From the NCBI GenBank assembly GCA_026397045.1, contig JAPLVO010000008.1, forward strand, positions 20,850 through 84,849: DNA of 64,000 nt, written 5' to 3'. The stretch's first letter is position 1, and each line of letters begins with the position of its first letter. The DNA comes from Patescibacteria group bacterium (GTDB taxonomy: Bacteria; Patescibacteriota; Saccharimonadia; CAILAD01; BJGX01). Position numbers and translations under genes: made by a program. Below are positions 1 to 9,040 of this stretch, piece by piece. The notes under the pieces are model-generated. The model was not told where the DNA came from. It did no database searches and saw only the letters and a program-made list of their open reading frames with translations.

Positions 1-1
1 A

Positions 2-592
2 ATTAAGGCGCATGATTCGTCTATCCATCTTGGAGCGCTCTTTCAGGATCTTCTGAGCGTGACTAAGATAGAGGATAAGCACATAAAGGATAGCAGAAAA
101 GTATTCAACCTAAGCGACCTAGTGCTCAAAATATCATCAGAGATGGAGCCTATTGCATCCAAAAAGAACCTCAGCCTAAAGACTCACATCGGTGGCGCAG
201 GGATTAAAAATGAGCTCGTGGTTGCGCCTACCTTCATGGTTTCTGCAGATCCTCTTAGGCTAAATGAAATAGTAACAAACCTTGTCGATAACGCAATTAA
301 ATACACCCAGGCCGGCGGCATAGATATCAATATCACAGGAGATAAATCTAGTGTTAGTGTCGAAATTACTGACACAGGTATGGGGATAACACCTCAAGAA
401 CAAAAGCACCTTTTTGAAAAATTTTATAGGGTGGACAATACTATGACTAGGGAGCAATCAGGAACCGGGCTTGGCCTATATATCGCCAGGAATTTAGTGG
501 AGCTATATGGTGGCAAGATATGGGTGTCTTCTAAGCTAGGTAAAGGCTCGACCTTTGGTTTTAGGCTGCCGATAGTAAGAGTGGTTGCATAA
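2..592 (+). CDS. sensor histidine kinase, C-terminal fragment (5' end lies outside the window)
   Basis: Reading frame is open to the window edge. HATPase_c motifs are present: N-box NLVDNAIKYT, G1 DTGMGI, G2 GTGLGLYIARNLVELYGGKIWV. Confidence 0.75.
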   Translation: MKAHDSSIHLGALFQDLLSVTKIEDKHIKDSRKVFNLSDLVLKISSEMEPIASKKNLSLKTHIGGAGIKNELVVAPTFMVSADPLRLNEIVTNLVDNAIKYTQAGGIDINITGDKSSVSVEITDTGMGITPQEQKHLFEKFYRVDNTMTREQSGTGLGLYIARNLVELYGGKIWVSSKLGKGSTFGFRLPIVRVVA

Positions 593-638
593 TAAGCATA
601 AAAAGAATTATAATAGTAAATATATAAAAGAGGTGCAT

Positions 639-1151
639 ATGTCAAAATTATTATTAGTAGAAGATGATATCAGCCTTAGAGATGTCTATAATGCTCGACT
701 CCAAGCCGAAGGCTATGATATCTCCCTGGCAAGCAATGGTGAAGAGGCCCTAGCAATGGCCGTGAAAGTACGCCCCGATTTAATCGTCTTGGATGTTATG
801 ATGCCAAGGATATCCGGCTTTGATGTCCTTGACATAGTCAGAACAACCCCAGAAATAGCCCACACCAAGGTAATCATGATGACTGCCCTTGGCAGCTCAG
901 AAGATAAAGAAAGGGGCGAAAAACTTGGTGTCGACCAATACCTTGTTAAGTCTCAAGTCACTCTCGAAGATGTTGTAACGACAATAAAAAAAGTCCTTGA
1001 AGGTGGTAGCTCATCTGCAGGGGAGCCTATAGTTGGTCAGGATTCCGTAAATACGCCAGAGGCAGCCACGGCCGCACCTCTTGCCGATACCTCTTCCCCA
1101 GTTATGCCCCCAGAAATACCTCAAGAGCCATTAGCCACTCCACCCCAGTAG
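639..1151 (+). CDS. response regulator, receiver domain only, with Pro-rich C-terminal tail
   Basis: CheY-like LLLVEDD...LDVMMP motifs. GAGG RBS at 630. No DNA-binding output domain. Immediately downstream of the kinase fragment. Confidence 0.8.
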   Translation: MSKLLLVEDDISLRDVYNARLQAEGYDISLASNGEEALAMAVKVRPDLIVLDVMMPRISGFDVLDIVRTTPEIAHTKVIMMTALGSSEDKERGEKLGVDQYLVKSQVTLEDVVTTIKKVLEGGSSSAGEPIVGQDSVNTPEAATAAPLADTSSPVMPPEIPQEPLATPPQ

Positions 1152-1230
1152 CTTTTAGCGGCCTGATGTTTAGCCTATCTGCATTATAAAACTGTGTTAT
1201 ATACCCTCATTATGAGATATAATTGGGCTT

Positions 1231-2637
1231 ATGATAAATCGCACAATGATTTCCGAACTAACAAACATGGTCGGCCAAGAAGCTAGTATTAATGGCTGGG
1301 TTCATGTTAGACGCGACCACGGCAAGTTAGCCTTTTTTGAGATTCGTGATGCTTCAGCTATTGTTCAGACAGTATACTTTAGGAGCGGGGTGGCTCTGGA
1401 CGAAATAATCGACAAGCTCAGGCCTGAATATGTCGTGGAAATCAAGGGACTAATAAAGGCTCGGCCAGAAAAAATGATAAATACCGAACATCCAAATGGC
1501 GCTGTTGAATTTGAGATTATAGACCTTAAAATTTTAAGCCACGCCGAAACACCACCTTTCGAGATAGCGGATATCAAATCTAAGGTTGGTGAAGATGTAA
1601 GAATGCGCTACCGGTATCTTGATTTGCGAAGGGCAGGTATGCAAAACAACCTTCGTTTCAGGCATAAATTTATAAAATCTATTAGGGATTATATGGACTC
1701 ATTTGGTTTTATCGAAATAGAGACTCCTATTTTAACTAAATCTTCACCCGAAGGAGCTCGAGACTTCTTGGTGCCATCTAGGCTCAGTGAAGGTAAGTTT
1801 TATGCACTTCCTCAGGCGCCTCAGCAGTTCAAGCAGCTCTTGATGATTAGCGGATTTGAAAAATACTATCAAATTGCTCGTTGCTTTCGCGATGAGGATC
1901 AGAGAGGCGATAGACAGCCCGAGTTTACCCAGCTAGATATGGAAATGAGTTTTATGTCTCAGCAAGAGATTTTAGATTTCAACGAGACAATGCTAAAGAA
2001 AATAATTTCGGATATGCTCCCTAATAAAAAGCTACCCACTAAATTTCCCGTAATTACTTATGCTGAATCTATGGAAAAATATGGCAATGACAAGCCAGAC
2101 ATGCGTAAAAATGTCGATGACCCAGACGAGCTCGCTTTTTGTTGGGTAGTAGACTTCCCAGTTTTTGAAAAAACATCAGAAGGCCATATCACCTTTGCTC
2201 ACAACCCTTTTGCCAAGCCGCTAGATGAAGATCTTGGACTACTTAAATCCGATAACCCAAAGGACCTACTTAAAATGCGAGCGCACTGTTATGACTTAGT
2301 TCTAAATGGAGTAGAAATTAGTAGTGGCAGCTTGAGAATTAATGACCCCCTTGTGCAGAAAGCTATTTTTGAAAGGTTTGGTCTAAGCGAGAGCGAAGTC
2401 AACGAGAGGTTTGGTGACTTCCTAGAGGCCTTTAAGTACGGGGTGCCACCTCATGGTGGCTTTGCTCCTGGCCTAGACAGATTGATTACTGAGCTGCTAA
2501 ATGAAGGCTCAATTCGAGAAGTTATCGCATTTCCTAAAACGGGCGACGGCAGGGATCTCATGTTTAAAAGCCCATCTATTGTCAGCCCTGAGCAGCTCAA
2601 GGAGCTTGGAATTGCAATCAAGCCCCAGGATGGTTAG
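1231..2637 (+). CDS. aspS: aspartyl-tRNA synthetase, short archaeal/eukaryote-type (no GAD insertion domain)
   Basis: Class II motif FRDEDQRGDRQPEFTQLDMEMSF. N-terminal OB fold. 468 aa, versus ~590 aa for the usual bacterial type. Confidence 0.9.
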   Translation: MINRTMISELTNMVGQEASINGWVHVRRDHGKLAFFEIRDASAIVQTVYFRSGVALDEIIDKLRPEYVVEIKGLIKARPEKMINTEHPNGAVEFEIIDLKILSHAETPPFEIADIKSKVGEDVRMRYRYLDLRRAGMQNNLRFRHKFIKSIRDYMDSFGFIEIETPILTKSSPEGARDFLVPSRLSEGKFYALPQAPQQFKQLLMISGFEKYYQIARCFRDEDQRGDRQPEFTQLDMEMSFMSQQEILDFNETMLKKIISDMLPNKKLPTKFPVITYAESMEKYGNDKPDMRKNVDDPDELAFCWVVDFPVFEKTSEGHITFAHNPFAKPLDEDLGLLKSDNPKDLLKMRAHCYDLVLNGVEISSGSLRINDPLVQKAIFERFGLSESEVNERFGDFLEAFKYGVPPHGGFAPGLDRLITELLNEGSIREVIAFPKTGDGRDLMFKSPSIVSPEQLKELGIAIKPQDG

Positions 2638-2643
2638 CTAAAA

Positions 2644-3303
2644 GTGGCCTTTGTCTTAGAACTAAAAAACTTCCAGGGACCTTTTGATGTGCTACTAGAA
2701 ATGCTAAGAAAACAAAAGTTAGATATAACCGAGGTAGCTCTTGCCAAGATAACATCTGACTACCTTAAATATACTGCCCAGCTAGATTTGAAGATTACTG
2801 AAATGAATTGGTTTTTATATGTGGCCGCTAAATTGGCAATGGATAAAAGTTCTGCACTATTGGATGTAGATGTCACTGATGAAAGCGATGACATCGATCT
2901 TGAGGAAAGCCTAAAGCGCTATGCAGTCGTAAAGGCTTCTGCGAGGCAGATAGGTGATAGGTCCTTAGCCCCAATGCTAACAAGTAGATCCAAGCCGACA
3001 AGGCCAGCAAGGCTAGCTCCCATTACAGCGGCCCAGCTTGCAAAAAGTTTTAAAGAGGCAATGGCCCAGTACCGCGCTAAGCCAGAGATTCAAACTATAG
3101 AGTCTAGGTCTGATAAGTACCAATATATACGGGAGAATTTTATTAACAGCCTTAATAAATTAGATTCTTTTACCGCAGATGAAATAGTTGATAATTCCAG
3201 TAATAAAACTGAAGCTATAATTTATTTCCTAGCTTTATTGGATATGCTACGAGATGGTCGACTCGACATCAGAAATGACATATTTATGCAGGGGGCAAAC
3301 TAA
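2644..3303 (+). CDS. scpA: segregation and condensation protein A
   Basis: N-terminal LELKNFQGPFDVLLEMLRKQKLDITEV is characteristic of ScpA. GTG start. Followed by scpB. Confidence 0.8.
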   Translation: MAFVLELKNFQGPFDVLLEMLRKQKLDITEVALAKITSDYLKYTAQLDLKITEMNWFLYVAAKLAMDKSSALLDVDVTDESDDIDLEESLKRYAVVKASARQIGDRSLAPMLTSRSKPTRPARLAPITAAQLAKSFKEAMAQYRAKPEIQTIESRSDKYQYIRENFINSLNKLDSFTADEIVDNSSNKTEAIIYFLALLDMLRDGRLDIRNDIFMQGAN

Positions 3304-3785
3304 TGATCAGTAATATTCCCAGGCTAGTGACCTTACTATTTTATTCTGGCGAAGCGGTAAGTGCTAAGCAAATTATTAAAGAATTCAAGATTACCCAAGA
3401 GGAACTAGGCCAATTAGTTATTACTGCTAATAAAAGCCTGGACTCGCTAGGTTTATATATCATTTACAGCTCGACGAAATTAGAGCTTGCGACTCTTAGC
3501 CAGTACACTAAAGCTACTCTGGCATTCCATAATGATTCTACCCAGACTCTGTCTCAGTCAGCGCTAGAGGTACTGAGCATAATATCGTATAATCAGCCCA
3601 TTAGTAAGGACGAAGTTGATGATATCCGAGGTGTTTCCAGCGAACAGTCCTTAAAGAATCTAGCCAATTTGGGTTTGATACAAAAATCTAGCAATACTTC
3701 AGATTTAAAATATACAACAACGACTGAATTTCTGAAGCTAGCTGGCATAAAAAACCTTAAGGATTTGGACACGCCAAATGAATGA
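3303..3785 (+). CDS. scpB: segregation and condensation protein B
   Basis: ScpB-like winged-helix repeats. Start overlaps the scpA stop. 160 aa. Confidence 0.7.
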   Translation: MISNIPRLVTLLFYSGEAVSAKQIIKEFKITQEELGQLVITANKSLDSLGLYIIYSSTKLELATLSQYTKATLAFHNDSTQTLSQSALEVLSIISYNQPISKDEVDDIRGVSSEQSLKNLANLGLIQKSSNTSDLKYTTTTEFLKLAGIKNLKDLDTPNE

Positions 3786-4464
3786 GGATATTAGGATAAA
3801 TAAGTACTTGGCTAGCGCTGGCTTGGCTGATTCGAGGCGCAAAGCTGATGAAATGATTAAGGCTGGGTTGGTTTTAGTTAATGGAAACCGCATTACCGAG
3901 CTAAGCACAAAATTAGGAGCTGATGACATTGTAGAAATTGCTGGCGTAAAAGGCGAGATCAGAAGAAACATATATATTGCCCTAAACAAGCCTCGTGGAG
4001 TAGTCTGCTCTCATGTTAATCAGGATAATAACCCAACTATCTTCGACATTCTACCTAAGGCATTTTATAATCTTAAAATAGCAGGCCGCCTAGACAAAGA
4101 TAGCGAGGGCTTGGTTATTCTTAGCTCAGATGGAGACTTCATCCAGAGCCTGTCCCACCCTAGCAATAATAAATCCAAGACCTACATAGTAATAACGAAG
4201 GAGCAAATTACTCAACAAAGCATATCCGCCCTGAATGCTGGGATAAAGCTCAAGGATGGTATGAGCAAATTAAAGGTTAGCGCTATTAATAATAATACAG
4301 TAAGGGTAATACTGAGCGAGGGCAAGAATAGGCAAATTAGGAGAAGTTTCGCAGGTGCCCAGCTAGAAGTTATTAAGCTTCAAAGAGTCAAGATAGGTAA
4401 CTATACCAACCCAAGACTTCAGCCCAGAAAATTCGTGTTTATTAAGCCCGAGGATGTCTTGTGA
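3778..4464 (+). CDS. pseudouridine synthase, RsuA/RluB family
   Basis: S4 domain INKYLASAG...RRKADEMIKAGLVLVNG. Catalytic GRLDKDSEGLVIL. EGKNRQIRR motif. Confidence 0.85.
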   Translation: MNEDIRINKYLASAGLADSRRKADEMIKAGLVLVNGNRITELSTKLGADDIVEIAGVKGEIRRNIYIALNKPRGVVCSHVNQDNNPTIFDILPKAFYNLKIAGRLDKDSEGLVILSSDGDFIQSLSHPSNNKSKTYIVITKEQITQQSISALNAGIKLKDGMSKLKVSAINNNTVRVILSEGKNRQIRRSFAGAQLEVIKLQRVKIGNYTNPRLQPRKFVFIKPEDVL

Positions 4465-5360
4465 GCCCAGCGGTAATTATTGGCCTAATAACGAGCTTAG
4501 TATTGATTAATCTCGGAGTAAATATAGGGCCCTCTAATACCAATTCTATGGATCCTAAATATGCTGCTGTGCCTATTGCCCCGGCTCAGTACATGGCTGG
4601 GCCAACACTTATTCCGAATGCTACGAAGCTAGATACGCCTGCTAGCTCGGCTGTTTTACACGATGTTGATTCTGGCGTAATGCTTTATCAAAAATCTGCC
4701 AGTGAGAGACGGCCCGTTGCGTCCATAGCCAAGCTAATGACGGCGCTCGTGATAATGGACAGCCATAGCCCAGACGAAATCGTCAAAATCGGCGAGATTC
4801 CACGGCTCGAGCTGGATGCCCAGAAAATTGGTATCACTGAAGGGGAGGAGTTTAAGCTAGAGGATCTACTAAAGGCCTTGCTCATATACTCTGCCAATGA
4901 TGTAGCTAACGCTCTGGCCATCTACGATAGTGGTTCTATAGAAAAATTTGCTAGCAAAATGAATCTTAAATCGAAGGAGTGGGGTCTAGAGAATAGTAAC
5001 TTCGTCAACCCATCTGGCCTGGACTCGACCGATCAATACAGTAGTGCAAGAGATGTATTAACGCTATCTGAGCTGCTAATAAATAATAAAATATTTTCCG
5101 ATATTGTCTCGACAGAGTACACTAATATAAATAATTTATCCGGCAAAGACTATAGCCTCACCACCACGAATAAGCTTCTAGGCAAAAACGGCGTGATAGG
5201 GCTCAAAACCGGTTTTACACTAATCGCGGGAGAATGCCTAGTTGCATTGACTCAGAGAGATGGGCATAGGGTTGTTTCTGTAGTCCTAGATAGCCCTAAC
5301 CGTTTCCAAGAAAGCAAAAATATGGTAGACTGGGCGTTCAATAACTATATTTGGCAATAA
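4461..5360 (+). CDS. D-alanyl-D-alanine carboxypeptidase (peptidase S11 / PBP5-like)
   Basis: SIAK (SxxK), SAND (SxN) and KTGFT (KTG) motifs. N-terminal signal/TM segment. Confidence 0.8.
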   Translation: MSPAVIIGLITSLVLINLGVNIGPSNTNSMDPKYAAVPIAPAQYMAGPTLIPNATKLDTPASSAVLHDVDSGVMLYQKSASERRPVASIAKLMTALVIMDSHSPDEIVKIGEIPRLELDAQKIGITEGEEFKLEDLLKALLIYSANDVANALAIYDSGSIEKFASKMNLKSKEWGLENSNFVNPSGLDSTDQYSSARDVLTLSELLINNKIFSDIVSTEYTNINNLSGKDYSLTTTNKLLGKNGVIGLKTGFTLIAGECLVALTQRDGHRVVSVVLDSPNRFQESKNMVDWAFNNYIWQ

Positions 5361-5361
5361 A

Positions 5362-6684
5362 ATGAAATCATTATCAAGAGTAATAATTGTAGGGCAACCT
5401 AATGTCGGCAAAAGTGTTTTGTTTAATCGTTTAACCCATACCAACCAAGCGATTACATCTAACATAGCCCATACAACCCGCGACCAAAATCGCGGGGTTG
5501 TTAGGCATGATTCTGTTCAATTCGAGCTGGTTGATAGTGCAGGCTTTGCTAAGACCAGCGATGAGCTAAACAAACTTGCGATATCACTTATAGAGAGTGC
5601 TGTTAACAGCAGCGACTTGGTGATATTTGTGGCCGATGGCACCAGCGAACTAAACAATAACGACCTTAGACTTGCAAAGATGGTCATGAAGAGCCGACTT
5701 CATACTATCTTGCTCATAAATAAGTCAGACAAAAAGGAGTTCCTGGATAATCAAAACTATTTTAGAAAACTCGGTTTTGAGAACATCATGCAGGCCTCAG
5801 CTCAAAACGGCCAGGGGATTAATGACCTGCTAGATGAAATCGTATTAAAAATACCCCGTAAAAAAGCCATAAAAAAGCAGGAAAGTATTAAGGTTGCGAT
5901 TCTGGGGCGCCCCAATGTAGGTAAGAGTGCGCTACTAAATGCCATGGCCAAAGAAGATCTAGCACTGGTGAGTGATATTGCTGGTACGACCCGAGATGTT
6001 AATTCAGCCAGGCTCAAATACAAAGACACCACTTTAGAATTCTACGACACAGCTGGCCTTAGGCGAAGAGGTAAAATAGCGGCTGGGATTGAATTTTTTT
6101 CTACCACTAGAAGCAAATCGGCTATAGAAAAAGCTGATATCTGCCTGGTCCTAGTTGATGCTAAAGAGATGCTTACTAACCAGGATGAGCATATTATAGG
6201 CCTGATAAAAGATTCTCAGAAGGCGTTGATAGTAGTAGTTACGAAGTGGGATGCCATTGAAGACAAAGATGATAATCTGATGCAGTATCTGGCTAGCAAG
6301 ATAAGCGGCCAGCTCCAGTATGTCTGGTGGGCACCGCTTATTTTTACTTCTTCTGTTGATTTTCAGAACCTAGAGAAACTTAAGGAAATAATAGTTACCG
6401 TAAACAATAGATTAGAGACAACACTACCTACTACCAAGCTCAATGAAGTACTACGAAATGCCGTCAACAGACAACCTCCGGTGACCACTAAGGGCTACCA
6501 CGCCAAATTAAATTATATAACTCAGACAGCTACCAACCCACTGGAGCTGAGTATTTTTGGGACGCACCCTGAACTTATTCACTTTAGCTACCAGAGATAT
6601 CTGGAAAACCAGATTCGCAAAAACTTTGAACTTACTGGGATACCCATTAAAATACTGTTCAAGAGTAAGTACAAAGATAAATAA
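5362..6684 (+). CDS. der: ribosome-biogenesis GTPase Der (EngA)
   Basis: Two tandem G domains (GQPNVGKSVLFN and GRPNVGKSALLN) followed by a C-terminal KH-like domain. Confidence 0.9.
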   Translation: MKSLSRVIIVGQPNVGKSVLFNRLTHTNQAITSNIAHTTRDQNRGVVRHDSVQFELVDSAGFAKTSDELNKLAISLIESAVNSSDLVIFVADGTSELNNNDLRLAKMVMKSRLHTILLINKSDKKEFLDNQNYFRKLGFENIMQASAQNGQGINDLLDEIVLKIPRKKAIKKQESIKVAILGRPNVGKSALLNAMAKEDLALVSDIAGTTRDVNSARLKYKDTTLEFYDTAGLRRRGKIAAGIEFFSTTRSKSAIEKADICLVLVDAKEMLTNQDEHIIGLIKDSQKALIVVVTKWDAIEDKDDNLMQYLASKISGQLQYVWWAPLIFTSSVDFQNLEKLKEIIVTVNNRLETTLPTTKLNEVLRNAVNRQPPVTTKGYHAKLNYITQTATNPLELSIFGTHPELIHFSYQRYLENQIRKNFELTGIPIKILFKSKYKDK

Positions 6685-6699
6685 GCTATAATATAGACT

Positions 6700-7254
6700 A
6701 TGAAACTTATCATTGGCATTGGCAACCCAGGACAAGAATATATAAATACTCGACATAATTTAGGCTTTATGGTGCTCGACGAAATCTGCAAAACCATTAA
6801 AGTTTCTACTAAATTCGATAAGAAACTCAAAGCCGAGATGTATGCCACTATTATCGGCGGCGAGACCGTGATACTAGCCAAGCCCCAAACCTTCGTAAAC
6901 TTAAGCGGGGATAGTGTAGCTAAGATAGCTACTTTTTATAAAATACAAACCAAGGACATCTGGGTTGTGTCTGATGATTTAGCGCTGGACTTTGGTACCA
7001 CCCGAATAAGGGTTGGCGGGAGTAGCGGAGGGCACAATGGCCTAAGAGATATTATCGGCAAAGTAGGGGAAGATTTTACGCGCTTCAGGGCGGGGATTAG
7101 AAACGAATCAGCAGAAAAAATTTCAACTGAAAAATTCGTTCTACAAAAATTTAATCAAGAAGAGCTAGAAAACCTTGAGGTATTTATTAAAAGGGTAGCC
7201 GAGATAGTACTAGAATCACTAGAAAAAAGTCCAGAGCATAGCACTATAAAATAA
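6700..7254 (+). CDS. pth: peptidyl-tRNA hydrolase
   Basis: KLIIGIGNPGQEYINTRHNLGF N-terminus and HNG catalytic region. Confidence 0.9.
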   Translation: MKLIIGIGNPGQEYINTRHNLGFMVLDEICKTIKVSTKFDKKLKAEMYATIIGGETVILAKPQTFVNLSGDSVAKIATFYKIQTKDIWVVSDDLALDFGTTRIRVGGSSGGHNGLRDIIGKVGEDFTRFRAGIRNESAEKISTEKFVLQKFNQEELENLEVFIKRVAEIVLESLEKSPEHSTIK

Positions 7255-7342
7255 TACTTAAAGTTTATTCCGCTACATGCTAGCAATTAATTTTTGGACT
7301 TGATAAGCTGAGTAAAACAAATACAAAATTTGAAGAATAAAA

Positions 7343-7385
7343 AACAGACCAGCCGTATAAACTCGAACTGATCTGTTTATTATTC
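7343..7385 (+). terminator. rho-independent terminator downstream of pth
   Basis: AACAGACCAG ... CTGATCTGTT stem (9 of 10 bp) followed by TTATTATT. Confidence 0.45.
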
Positions 7386-7522
7386 CCTTTAAGGCCCCCG
7401 AAACGGGATTTTGGCGACCGCGTAGTATATAAGTAGGCCGTGGCGTTAAAGGGAGTAATCTGCTCGCGAGATCTAAAAGGAGGGTGATTTCTAGATTTGG
7501 CCTCGCGGAGCAGATTACTCCC
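7382..7522 (+). ncRNA. candidate structured RNA / long hairpin in the pth-dprA spacer
   Basis: A 20-bp near-perfect inverted repeat (GGGAGTAATCTGCTCGCGAG 7451-7470 / CTCGCGGAGCAGATTACTCCC 7502-7522) encloses a loop containing AAAGGAGGGTGA. An alternative CCCTTTAA/TTAAAGGG pairing lies just upstream. Confidence 0.3.
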
Positions 7523-7623
7523 TTGAAATACTGGAGAAATATGTTCTTACTTAAGAACGATTAGTATACTATCACATAAGCAGTATGTTGTCAATACTTT
7601 TAACTCCTTACGCTTAATAGTTT

Positions 7624-8502
7624 TTGGAAGCTACAGATTGGAGCAAGAATATGAATATACAACATATATACAATAAAGACAATGCCTATCCAATTCTCTT
7701 GCGGGGCATAGCTAGCCCACCTAAGTCATTATACGCAATTGGCGAAATCCCAGATTTACCTATGATAGCTATCGTTGGCACTCGAAAACCAACCGACTAT
7801 GGGCGCCAGATTTCCTATCAGCTTAGTAGCCAGTTAGCCAAAGCTGGATTTTGTGTGGTTAGCGGAATGGCCTTAGGGGTCGATGCCATTGTACATAAAG
7901 CTGCGATTGAGGCTGGCGGAAAAACTATCGCCGTGCTTGGATCTGGCCTTGATAAGCCCTACCCGATAAGTAACCATGGAATTTATAAAGAAATTGCTAG
8001 TGGTGCTGGAGCGGTAATTAGTGAATACCCATTAGGCACGCAGGCCTACAAGCAAAATTTCCCGGCCCGCAACAGAATTATAGCTGGCCTTTCATTGGCC
8101 ACCATAGTGACAGAGGCAGATGCTAAATCTGGCAGCCTAATAACTGCTAATTTTGCCCTTCAGGCCAACAGGACTGTGATGGCTGTACCCGGCAATATAT
8201 CTAGCCCACGGTCAGCTGGCCCAAATAACCTGATAAAGAATGGTGCGCAATTAATAACCAATATTGCAGATGTACTGGCTATATTGGGCTTACAACTACC
8301 ATCGATGGTCACAGCCAAGCCTCGTGCAGATAGCAGAGAGGAGGCTCGTATAATGGAGCAATTAGCAGACAGATCCTTAACCACCGAGCAATTGATTGAG
8401 CTAACCGAGATAGATGCTATTAATATTGCCTCGATTATTAGCCTGATGGAAATAACTGGAAAGATACGAAACCTAGGGGCTGGAAGCTGGATACTTACCT
8501 AG
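7624..8502 (+). CDS. dprA: DNA processing protein A (Smf)
   Basis: Rossmann-like GTRKPTDYG...VVSGMALGVDAIVHKAA...LGSGLDKPYP. The true start is probably the ATG at 7651. Confidence 0.85.
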   Translation: MEATDWSKNMNIQHIYNKDNAYPILLRGIASPPKSLYAIGEIPDLPMIAIVGTRKPTDYGRQISYQLSSQLAKAGFCVVSGMALGVDAIVHKAAIEAGGKTIAVLGSGLDKPYPISNHGIYKEIASGAGAVISEYPLGTQAYKQNFPARNRIIAGLSLATIVTEADAKSGSLITANFALQANRTVMAVPGNISSPRSAGPNNLIKNGAQLITNIADVLAILGLQLPSMVTAKPRADSREEARIMEQLADRSLTTEQLIELTEIDAINIASIISLMEITGKIRNLGAGSWILT

Positions 8503-8849
8503 TAAATCCTTTGCAATACTTCTATACTTATAGTATTATAGTGGTGCAATCCCATGGAAACCTAAATACTGCTAGGGCTCTTTACTTCTTCTTCCCTTTG
8601 GAGACTATCAGCCCGGCTTGGGTTAAGGACAGGTGCAGTTGCCTCCTCGGCTTCAAACTGTCTGTCTATGATCGGTCTGCAGCTATTTAGAGTGTATTAC
8701 AAACCCAACGGCGCCTTGGCAAATGATTCGACTGGAACTCCAGTTAAATTATGGCAAAAGCGTGGGCATATGGTTTTTTGTCGCCAGCGTATGACGGGGT
8801 TTTAATAGTTGGAGCATTCGCTCCATCACTAAATTTATTTCCATGGGTC

Positions 8850-8887
8850 GGGGTTGGTTACTGATGTAGCCAACCCCTAAATTTTTT
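8850..8887 (+). terminator. intrinsic terminator-like hairpin inside the dprA-topA noncoding gap
   Basis: GGGGTTGG-(12 nt)-CCAACCCC stem followed by TAAATTTTTT. No plus-strand CDS ends within 340 nt upstream. Confidence 0.45.
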
Positions 8888-9040
8888 AAACAATTAAATT
8901 TACACGATACTATGTTTCAGTTCGCCCGGAACGGCGGGTAAATTTGACACCACAAAGAAATATAATATATAGTTCTTTCTCTGTACGCATTTGCAAAAAA
9001 TCGAATAAAACATTAGCATTATTAAGAAAGAACAAATAGC

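Noticed and set aside
8541-8900. Possibility that the dprA-topA gap encodes RNase P RNA, tmRNA or SRP RNA (CCCGGCTT and ATCGGTC strings resemble the RNase P P4 3' strand).
   Set aside because: The P4 5'-strand partner (GGAAAGTCCGG) is absent on both strands. There is no tmRNA T-arm (GTTCGAA) or tag-peptide ORF, and no SRP domain IV motif. The matches look coincidental, so the region is reported only as an unassigned candidate sRNA.
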